Shown piece after piece: positions 1 through 9,100 of a DNA stretch of 64,000 bases. The stretch is from the IMG/VR virus record IMGVR_UViG_3300005573_000001. One strand, written 5' to 3'. Both the position numbers and the translations under genes were made by a program. The DNA is from a virus. The stretch's first letter is position 1. Every line of letters starts with the position of its first letter. The notes beneath the pieces were generated by a model. It was given only the letters and a program-made list of their open reading frames with translations. It searched no databases and was not told the origin of the DNA.

Positions 1-2
1 CC

Positions 3-1103
3 AGTAAAAAAGTACAACACAGGAAGATTATTAAGGATACAATAAAGTACCTTAAGAAGATCGACGCATGGGGTATGGATAAGCTCACCGTTGGCACTAA
101 GGCCCTAATAGCTGACCTTTATAATAACGAAGGACATAATGGTCCAACAGTCAAGTGGTGTAGGAAAAATTTTAAGGACGTAACCATCACCTTCGACGAG
201 GCGTGGCCTAAGATGGATGAGGTACGTCGAGCAGCACGTGATGGCAATAAACGTGTCTATGGGCAACACAAAAAAGCCAAAGCAATAGAAGATGGTACGT
301 ATAAGCACAAGATAGACTATGAGGATAACGATAGTGATACAGAGGATACGAGTGATAGTAGCGACTCGTTAAGGGAATACGATGACCAGTACATAGTAAG
401 CGCAACCAAGATTATGAGTAAAATTGTGTACGACGAGAATATGGATGAGAAAACCGCTCGTGGTACAGACCGCTGGATGACCAAGTACATTGCTGAGGCC
501 GTGGACAAGATGAACGACGCTCAGCGGGCTACAAGCTATACAATACGAAGCGATAATACAAACCAAAGCAGCACCGACCCTACTCTTATACCAGGAACTA
601 ACTTGAAATATAACCCGTCTGCTACTGGCGGCATATGGTCGCTACCAATTAACAAGGCATATTGTGTGTCGCTAACGCAACTTGACGCCGCAGAGGACGC
701 CATGGCAGACTACTGGGATGACTCTACCCACCAAGCAGATATGGTCGAACTTGCCGATACTAAGTTCACGTTTGCCGACAAGACACAGAATAAATTCAGG
801 TCAGACTTTGCCGCATATATGACCATCTTGCGGATGCAGGTCATAACGAAGGGAAACGTATCTACACTAAGGGATGCATCCTGCAAGATGACTGTCATGC
901 GTGGGTTTACACCGAAGAGCTCCACAGGAGCAGAGAAAGGACATATGGGCGGGATAGCAATAGACATCACGGTTGCCAACCAAGACGACGCAGTGGCGCT
1001 TGCTAATGCCGCAATTACAGCCGGCTTCATGGGCGTAACTATATCAAGCAAGAACTTCGTTCATATAGGCCTATGGGGAACAGGCACAATAACAAACGAA
1101 TAG
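3..1103 (+). CDS. 5'-truncated tail/baseplate hub-associated protein with C-terminal peptidase M15-like (Zn peptidoglycan peptidase) domain
   Basis: The frame is open to the window edge. The C-terminus has the M15-like motifs GHMGGIAIDI and FVHIG. It lies directly upstream of the baseplate genes. Confidence 0.6.
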   Translation, partial: SKKVQHRKIIKDTIKYLKKIDAWGMDKLTVGTKALIADLYNNEGHNGPTVKWCRKNFKDVTITFDEAWPKMDEVRRAARDGNKRVYGQHKKAKAIEDGTYKHKIDYEDNDSDTEDTSDSSDSLREYDDQYIVSATKIMSKIVYDENMDEKTARGTDRWMTKYIAEAVDKMNDAQRATSYTIRSDNTNQSSTDPTLIPGTNLKYNPSATGGIWSLPINKAYCVSLTQLDAAEDAMADYWDDSTHQADMVELADTKFTFADKTQNKFRSDFAAYMTILRMQVITKGNVSTLRDASCKMTVMRGFTPKSSTGAEKGHMGGIAIDITVANQDDAVALANAAITAGFMGVTISSKNFVHIGLWGTGTITNE

Positions 1104-1112
1104 GGTGAAAAC

Positions 1113-1559
1113 ATGAGCGTAATCAAAGATGTAGTCAAGAAAGAGTTACAGGGACTCGGAGCAAACGAGGAATGCTATGGGATAATCAAGGATAAGAGCG
1201 CCGATGGGACCACCGTAGACGTAATGATAACGGATTCAACCAGCGCCGGCGTTGGTACGCTTGTAGGCGTATCTACCCAATACTTAGGTACTAGCAGCGG
1301 CATAGTCGGCGCTAACCTTAACCGCGGAGACAGGGTTACGGTAAAGTTTTTGGGTAGGCAGAAGACTATACCAGTAGTAGTTGGCACTATAAACAAAACA
1401 GGAACAGCCGCTATGCTTAACGATACGCAAATGACTGGGGACGCTGCCAACCCGCTAAGCAGCTATAAATTTGCAGCCGGTATACCGGACACCGGAAATA
1501 GCACATATGACGCAGACGCTGTTGAGGCGAAAATACAGTCTATTCTAGGAGGTCTATAA
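1113..1559 (+). CDS. putative baseplate/spike-associated protein (OB-fold-like)
   Basis: 148 aa with RBS GGGTGA and a GDRVTVKF..PVVVG pattern typical of spike N-terminal OB folds; baseplate context. Confidence 0.45.
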   Translation: MSVIKDVVKKELQGLGANEECYGIIKDKSADGTTVDVMITDSTSAGVGTLVGVSTQYLGTSSGIVGANLNRGDRVTVKFLGRQKTIPVVVGTINKTGTAAMLNDTQMTGDAANPLSSYKFAAGIPDTGNSTYDADAVEAKIQSILGGL

Positions 1560-2101
1560 TGCCAATTCAATTAGTACCAAGGCCGGCAGAAGAGTCAACA
1601 ATAGACCCTATACAAGCCAAGGCGCTGCAAGCCTTAGCTATGGCCGGCTCGCTGCACGTAGAAACCAACCATAGAACAAAGGATAAGTTTCAAGACCAAG
1701 AAGTAGGACTTATACACCCCCGCAACGCAAGCTATGCGCGCATCAGGGATAACGGAAACATAGAGTTGTTTGCTAGTAACGGTTGTGGCATAGAAATAGG
1801 GAGAAACCCAGAGGGCGTGGCTATTTCTGGAGCTACAATGGAACTCAACTCCAAGACCATAAATATTAGAGTAAATCCAAGTGGCCTCAGCGTAAATGGA
1901 TATATCCTAAACCCAAACCTATACCTATTTGCAAATGGACAATATGCAAGGAACCTAAGACTGCAGGCTACGGTCGACCTATATGACACGTCTACCGGTG
2001 AATGGAGCACGGTGGAGACAAGCATAAGGCCCTTTGTGCAGAGGGCCAGCGACATTGGATACTACGATAATAATTTATTAAAGTTAGTCCTTGACAAATA
2101 A
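1559..2101 (+). CDS. putative baseplate protein
   Basis: 180 aa, beta-rich, coupled to the upstream gene by TAATG; baseplate context. Confidence 0.4.
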   Translation: MPIQLVPRPAEESTIDPIQAKALQALAMAGSLHVETNHRTKDKFQDQEVGLIHPRNASYARIRDNGNIELFASNGCGIEIGRNPEGVAISGATMELNSKTINIRVNPSGLSVNGYILNPNLYLFANGQYARNLRLQATVDLYDTSTGEWSTVETSIRPFVQRASDIGYYDNNLLKLVLDK

Positions 2102-2119
2102 CATTAGGAGTGATACAAT
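2091..2119 (+). promoter_or_regulatory. sigma70/sigmaA-type promoter
   Basis: TTGACA (2091-2096), 17 bp spacer, TACAAT (2114-2119), with TG in the extended -10 position. Confidence 0.55.
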
Positions 2120-2122
2120 ACC

Positions 2123-2542
2123 ATGAGTACAGATATGCTCTTCTCTAAGGAAGGAGACATCCAAGTCGTACCTAAAGCACAGCTTGCAGACGGTACGGTT
2201 CTTTACGATATAGCCATAACTTACGACGAAAATGCCCTCAGTCAGATAGTATATAATAGGATCAAGACACAAGCACCGGACTGGTTCTTACACCCAACCC
2301 TTGGAAGCAACCTAGAGGACTTGATTGGAGAGCCTAATAGTAAGCTGACAGCAGTACGCGGCGAGGGCATGATTATGCAAGTCTTGACGTATGACAACCT
2401 ACTCAACGCAAATGCAGTATCCGTTAAGGGAATCCCAACAGCACACGACACAATAGTATTTATAATTACGGTCACTGTCAGAGGCACGCGCAATATAGTA
2501 ATCCCAGTCACATTCAACCTGTACACAGGTATTAGTTCATAG
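2123..2542 (+). CDS. baseplate wedge protein, gp25/GPW-like (XkdS/DUF2634-like)
   Basis: 139 aa with pattern RIKTQAPDWFLHPTLGSNLEDLIGEP; precedes the baseplate J-like gene. Confidence 0.7.
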   Translation: MSTDMLFSKEGDIQVVPKAQLADGTVLYDIAITYDENALSQIVYNRIKTQAPDWFLHPTLGSNLEDLIGEPNSKLTAVRGEGMIMQVLTYDNLLNANAVSVKGIPTAHDTIVFIITVTVRGTRNIVIPVTFNLYTGISS

Positions 2543-2551
2543 GGTGATAAC

Positions 2552-3361
2552 ATGTTACCAGGTAAAACATATGACCAAATATTAACCGATATGCTAGCGG
2601 ATATGGTTAAGATGACCCCGTTCACATATACTGAGGAAGGCAGCATAGCACGCTCGTTTTTCGAAGTAGTAGCATATCAAATAGGCGACTTATACTCTCA
2701 ATTAGAGGAAGACGTCGCTAACTGCAGAATATCTACAGCCACGGGAAGCTACTTGGACGAAATAGGGCAAATCGTAGGATGTACAAGGGGAACTGGCGAA
2801 GGCGACGAAAACTACCGATACCGTATAGCTAATCAAGTATATACGGCAGCTAAGTCAAACAAAACAGCCCTCGACATACTATGTAGACAAGTAGACGGAG
2901 TTAAAGACCTAATTTGGATGCCATACTCCAATGGTGTCGGCTCCTTCTCCGTATATGTAATTACGGATGAAATAGACACACCAAACGCTGTAGTCAACGC
3001 AGTACAGAACATAATCGAGCAAAACCAAGCGCTCGGTATAAGTGGCTACGCAAAGAAACCAACATTAATCCCAGTAGACTTGAAGATGCAAGCCGTATTT
3101 CCAAACAACACTCCCGATAGCTTAAGAGTACAGACGTGCGATACTATAGCCACGGCAATTGCTTCATATATAAATTACCTGCCCATGGGAGCTTCCTTAT
3201 CAATACAAGATATAAGGCAGAGTATGAAGGCTTCATACAATATAATGGACATAATCCCACAGGGTATAATTATTGCCGATATAGCAAGAGAAGTTACCGA
3301 CATGTATGCAATTAAGCTGGACGAGCGTTTATACGCGAGAAACATCAACGTGACCAAGTAG
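2552..3361 (+). CDS. baseplate J-like protein
   Basis: Motifs EGSIARSFFEVVA, TATGSYLDEIG and GEGDENYRYRI. Confidence 0.8.
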   Translation: MLPGKTYDQILTDMLADMVKMTPFTYTEEGSIARSFFEVVAYQIGDLYSQLEEDVANCRISTATGSYLDEIGQIVGCTRGTGEGDENYRYRIANQVYTAAKSNKTALDILCRQVDGVKDLIWMPYSNGVGSFSVYVITDEIDTPNAVVNAVQNIIEQNQALGISGYAKKPTLIPVDLKMQAVFPNNTPDSLRVQTCDTIATAIASYINYLPMGASLSIQDIRQSMKASYNIMDIIPQGIIIADIAREVTDMYAIKLDERLYARNINVTK

Positions 3362-3370
3362 GGATAATAT

Positions 3371-5038
3371 ATGGCAATTAACAGAAAAACCCGGTCAATG
3401 ATAAACATGTTTCCGTCATGGATGGAAACCAGACGGAATCAGGATAGCAACGGTGCAAGGCTTCTAAATGTCTGTGGAACGCACCTCGATATTGCCGAGA
3501 ACGATATAAAGGATTTTCTATACGACAGTTTCATAAGGACAGTCGACTTAGACGCCGTTGACCTAATCTATAAGGCACAGTTATTTACCGACGTACTCTT
3601 CGCAACCCACCTAGAGGTTGTTGGATATATCGGGAATACCGCCTATACCCTTATAGATGCTGGAAATTTGCGCTCATTCTATATGGAGGCAGAAGACAGT
3701 AATGTCTATATAGCAGACAGAATAGACCGCGTAGTATATGTACGAAGACTGTTCGACAGAATAACCGTCAACGGCGAAGAGTGCCCTATAGAGGCACAAC
3801 ATGTATGGAACGCACTCGACGAATTAGGATTACTAGTAGGTGTGCCAAGGCTTACCGGCGAAGGTAATGCAGAATACCAAGCTCGTATCCTAAACAGGAC
3901 TGAAGCCCCGGGAAGCGACAATAGGAACGCGTTTATCAACCACGTAAGAAGAAGTCTTGGGCTCAGTCCGGGAGAGATAACGGTAAATTCACTCAATACC
4001 TTGGCCTTTGAGGGGAGCCTACTCAATAGCGACGGTACTCCAAGCGATACATTAATAAAGTACGTAGAGAGCGTAAACTCCGTACTACCTATGATTGTTG
4101 GTAAGGGACAATGGGATAAGGCCTATTGGGATGCACTTGACGAGGCCAATGTAGGATTTTGTTATCTACCACATGTATGGGACGTATCGACAGATGTATG
4201 GAGTGATAGCGACTTTCAGTCTGGGTATGGTAGCGGAGACGACGTGCTTATATCCAGCCCAGAGGAACAACCCGATACCCAAGAGTTCGACTACTGGGTA
4301 GGACTGCGCGGTAAATATGTAGAGAAGACTGCGTCATACCCAGAACACACGTGCTCACTCAAGCTGTATGCAGAAGGTACGATAGACAGTATAGACGTCG
4401 AGCCAGAGGAATTCGACTATACTATAATAGCTTCCCCACGCATACCGTTATTAATGACGATTAGAGCAAACGATACCTGGGTACAATCCGTACATGCTGA
4501 TCCCAATAACCTAGATGCAATAACTGACATTAGGACGACAGGTGAAAGCCCAACTGCATCCGACTTTATAGTCCAGCATAGTAGAGACAGGCTGCAGCTC
4601 TTTTCAGGCACCGAATACAGGAGCCCTCAGGCGGAAAGGGTCCAAGTTAAAGTGGAGCTGTATCCATCTCTAGACAGAAGCGCCGCACCCGTCGTCGACG
4701 CTATATCCCTTCAATGGAGAGATGGCAATAATATTAGCCACATACTAAACTTTACCGAATACACGCAGAGCACAAAGGCAATCTACTCAAGCGGCAACAA
4801 CTATATAGCCACATTCGATGTCGACGGTTCAGTCACTAACGTGCTGACTGCTCAAAATATCGTGTCTACTAATATAGAGTATATTGCTGGTACTAACGAC
4901 GATGCGTCGATAACAATAAGCAAGGGAACTTACACAAAACTAATCGACACGCAAAATGAATGGCACATAAACCAGAACAAGCCGCTGTCAAGTAACATCA
5001 ACATATCTACCAATGGTACAATAAACCTGAATATATAA
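3371..5038 (+). CDS. baseplate/tail structural protein
   Basis: 555 aa; WNALDELGLLVGVPRLTGEGNAEYQARI resembles a baseplate wedge repeat; structural context. Confidence 0.55.
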   Translation: MAINRKTRSMINMFPSWMETRRNQDSNGARLLNVCGTHLDIAENDIKDFLYDSFIRTVDLDAVDLIYKAQLFTDVLFATHLEVVGYIGNTAYTLIDAGNLRSFYMEAEDSNVYIADRIDRVVYVRRLFDRITVNGEECPIEAQHVWNALDELGLLVGVPRLTGEGNAEYQARILNRTEAPGSDNRNAFINHVRRSLGLSPGEITVNSLNTLAFEGSLLNSDGTPSDTLIKYVESVNSVLPMIVGKGQWDKAYWDALDEANVGFCYLPHVWDVSTDVWSDSDFQSGYGSGDDVLISSPEEQPDTQEFDYWVGLRGKYVEKTASYPEHTCSLKLYAEGTIDSIDVEPEEFDYTIIASPRIPLLMTIRANDTWVQSVHADPNNLDAITDIRTTGESPTASDFIVQHSRDRLQLFSGTEYRSPQAERVQVKVELYPSLDRSAAPVVDAISLQWRDGNNISHILNFTEYTQSTKAIYSSGNNYIATFDVDGSVTNVLTAQNIVSTNIEYIAGTNDDASITISKGTYTKLIDTQNEWHINQNKPLSSNINISTNGTINLNI

Positions 5039-5050
5039 GGGGAGATCACA

Positions 5051-6121
5051 ATGGCTGGTCCTAATATAGCAGACTTAACCAAAACTGCTTATCCAATCAA
5101 GATAGATGACAATAGAGAAAATGCTTCTGGCGATTACCAGTATAATGCCAACTTCGTCGCCAACGCAGATTACGACAGTGAGGATGCTTCAGGTGACAAC
5201 TACATCGTTAAGGCAGACGACGTAAACACATTCGCAGAAGCCATTATGGCAATACAGCGCACCCTTGGGGTAACTCCATATGGAGACGCCGAAAGCGTAT
5301 CTGCCAGAATAGCCAATATAGAGAACTTCTTAAGGAACCCGACTGTCTTTGACGAACGGTATGGCGGCGTCAACTGGGGTACCCCAGAAAATACTTGGCC
5401 TACTATATTATCTCATACACACGTAGGCGGCAACAACGCTCCTTCAAAGATAGACCTAACGGCAGCTGTTACCGGCAAGTTACCCAAAGGCAATATGACC
5501 CTATCTGCATCAGACGAAGCGCCGCTTACATCGGAAGACATTCTGTATACTAAGGCCGACGGCCGCTCCATAAAGTATCACTTAGACACTAAGATAGCCA
5601 CTACTGGCGACTATACAATCGAGGGCAATTTTACGTTCAAAGGGAACGTCGTGGGGCACATATTCGCAGAATATAATATGGCTAATGCCCCTGCTTCGGC
5701 ATGGGCAACTACAAGTCAATGTTCGGCAGCAGTAGACACCAAAGCATACTCCGGGTATTCCCTTAAAGCTTCACAGGCTAACGGCACGTGCACCGTAAGT
5801 GTGCCAGTGCGTTTTGGGTGGATGTCTATAAACTTAAGGTGTAAAATCTCTCAAAGCGACTTAGCCACAGCAGGAAATAAGCTAACCGTAGCAATATCCG
5901 ATTACGGTAGGCCTGCAGTGAGTACGACGCTTACCGATGCAAGCTTTGAGAATAGTGACGTATACCAGAATTTCGCCTTCAACTTTGAACACACGAACTC
6001 TACCACGGCTCCAAACAATAAGAACATGTTCGTCAATATTACATTCCACACTACCGGAGTATCTATAGACAGCATGATAGTTATGCCATCCAGTATAGGA
6101 CTCTGGGCAGAAAACGCATAA
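5051..6121 (+). CDS. putative tail fibre/appendage protein
   Basis: N-terminal module shared with ORF 16976, an HTH fibre-type motif, and a beta-sandwich-like C-terminus. Confidence 0.5.
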   Translation: MAGPNIADLTKTAYPIKIDDNRENASGDYQYNANFVANADYDSEDASGDNYIVKADDVNTFAEAIMAIQRTLGVTPYGDAESVSARIANIENFLRNPTVFDERYGGVNWGTPENTWPTILSHTHVGGNNAPSKIDLTAAVTGKLPKGNMTLSASDEAPLTSEDILYTKADGRSIKYHLDTKIATTGDYTIEGNFTFKGNVVGHIFAEYNMANAPASAWATTSQCSAAVDTKAYSGYSLKASQANGTCTVSVPVRFGWMSINLRCKISQSDLATAGNKLTVAISDYGRPAVSTTLTDASFENSDVYQNFAFNFEHTNSTTAPNNKNMFVNITFHTTGVSIDSMIVMPSSIGLWAENA

Positions 6122-6132
6122 GGTGACGACCA

Positions 6133-9100
6133 ATGGCCCAATATAATAAGAACTTCTATGGTGCTTCCTTCTACGGCGACATCAACGTACTAAGCGGACA
6201 ATATGCCAGTAACTGGATCCCACTATCCGACGATCCAATAAGTGGGACACTCAATGTCACAATTAATGCAGAGCTACCGGTTGCATCGTACGACTATCAA
6301 CACGTAGTAATGAGAGACGAGTTTAACGGTAGTGTCATACCTACTGTTACAGAGGTAATAAACGGAGACACATATATTAAGTTATCCGGGACCCACGTAG
6401 CGGAATTTCGAGTCACGTGCAGGAAGGCTGAAATTGTATACCTGAAGGGCCCAGGGTATGGCTCTCTTGCAGTAAATGGTTACAACGAGTTGGATGAATA
6501 CGTAAATGACTGGACAGTAAATTGCAACTACGCAACGATAGAGGAAGCGTCGGGAGTCAGTGGGTTCTGCTGGCCGACTCTCCACGATTATACATACTAC
6601 CTATGTGCAAGTTCCGGGACAGTATATATTCGCTGTATAAATGCGCATGTAACAGATGTCCAAGTACAGATGGTCGTGTCCGACACAGCCAGCGACCTTA
6701 GCAAGACTAGCTTTGAAACCCTTAGCAACGGTGAGTGGGAGCTCGTGTCTGGGAGTAAATATACGCGCGCTATGGAAGTTAGTCCGTTCTCAGACTGTAT
6801 AGTCTACGCATTCAAGATAATTATGAGCACGTCCGACGATACCTTGGCACCATCAGTCAGCGACATAATGTTCCAGACTAATGATACTAACGTATACGCG
6901 AGTAAGGCAACATGGGTAGCAGATATAACACTAAGTAATCCATCAAGCATAGACAATGTCTACTGTTCCAAAGAGAGCATAGAAGGAACTGCAGTCCATA
7001 TCTATACGAGGAGCTATAATGGAACAGCATGGTCTGCGTGGTCCCCGGTATATAACTGCGGTAAGTACATAGGGTTGGCAAACGATCAGCTTACTGAAAC
7101 GATATATACTCCAGTATTAGACCCGTCGTCTACGAACGTTAGCGCTGTAATCCGCCGGCTTGTAGTAGGGCAATATGCCCCTGCAGGTACCAGGATTACA
7201 TACAAGCTCATAAATCAAGATTTAGGCAATATAAGAAACTACTATGCCTTTATGGCGGCTACTGATCCATCTAACGATACGTATACGGTTACGGATGCGC
7301 TAACATCGGTCAGCGGCAGCAAAGTCCTATACAACGACGTCTTTATTAATACGATGGGTATGGACCTAAACAGTATAAGCAGCCCGGTCCGTGTCGCGAT
7401 CACTCTTAAGCGCGACAACCTGACGTCTCCAACTCCAATATTCAGGTTTGCTACAATCGAAGCAGACGCCACATATGAGGAGAGGTTCTTTGTATCCCCG
7501 TGCGATACGATGGCAGACGGTACACCAAATACAACAAAGAGATATGCGTACGCCAGTGCAGTATACAACAGACTGGGCGGCAACGTTCCAGCTGCCTTCG
7601 TACTAGACGAAGCAGATTACGAAGACATCCTTATTGGGAATGCCACATATATCACTCCAGAGAATATGAACTTCAGCCCACCGACAAAGGTCGAAGGGTT
7701 AGCCGTAAATACCACAAGCACAATCAGTACGCCTACCTACATAATTGAGCCAGAGTATGTGCTCTATAGAGTTGTCGACGGCACGGAGACAAAAGTGCCC
7801 CTAAATAAGAATGAGCTAGCGGTATTCTGGGAGTCTGGAGAAAGCACGCGTAGTCTGACTACTACATTGCCAAACGACGTGCTGATAGCGCAGGTAACTC
7901 CCTACGATCCTACCGGTACGGCAAACATAGACGAGTATAACATCTTCCTTGCATATCAATATGGGTACGGCGTAGTAGTTTACGGCAGCGATAAGACAAT
8001 AGAACCAGGCAACACATTCGTTGTGCCGCGGCTAAAGGGGCGGCAACCCATACTGGACGGCGTAAAATATGCATACTACCTAGTTAACGGCAGCGCTAAC
8101 GCATCCGGGATAGAGAACACTAACGAGCAGGTTGCCATAGCATGGGGTGGGACCCAATATCAGGAGCCGTACGCGGACATTGTGGAAGATTCCATCCATA
8201 ACGGCACGACGAACAGAGCCATTACAATAGCCAGTACAAACCCGGACAGATACGGTAGGATAGAGTGGATAAGTGAAGCAAAGCGCTTCTCCAGTATAAT
8301 AATAAACGAGAATGACGACTCGGTTGCGACTCCAGCGAGGGTGTTTCTAAGGTCAGTTGGCGATTTCCCAACGGTAGCACCGCAAGCTAACTTGGATAAG
8401 TATATAGTTGTAGCTGAGCCCGGGTCTGTTATGTGCCGTGGGAAAATAGTCCCAGACTCTAGAATCCATGCCGAACTTACTATCACCGGATATACGCCTG
8501 TAGACATGGATAATGAGCCAATCATCAGAACCGCCGGTAGTGCGCATGATACGTTGTCAAGAGAGGCCATCAGCGGTACTGCTCGTGTCGTAAATAGCGA
8601 GGGCGTCACGCTCATGCCCACAATTAGCGGCTCGGACATAGATTGGTCCGGCGTGTTTCCCGAGGGTACTCCAGAGGACGGCGAAATATACTACGTCAGT
8701 TACCAATACAATACACCAAGCGAGGGTATAATTACAGCGCGCGCAGTAGACAGCAAAGGACATGACTACTATGAGAACAAGGTCAGGACACACGCATGGA
8801 GCAGCGCGAAGCTGTATCACAGTCAAGGCATTTGTGCGCCTAGAGAAGACTACGTGTCTGCCACTTTGCCTGCCATTAGCGAAAGCGGTATCTGGGGCAC
8901 GATCGATACCAAGGTAGAAAACATCGAGTACTACGTGCTGGATAATAATCCTTGGGTAACTACGTTTATTAAGGACAGCAAGGTAGTAGGCACGCTGCGC
9001 AACCGCAAGCCATCGCAACAATGGCTTCCCTCCATTCACAACGGCTACTACTATCTGAATAAGGACGAATACTATAAATTCAGTCAACCGGCAGAGTATA

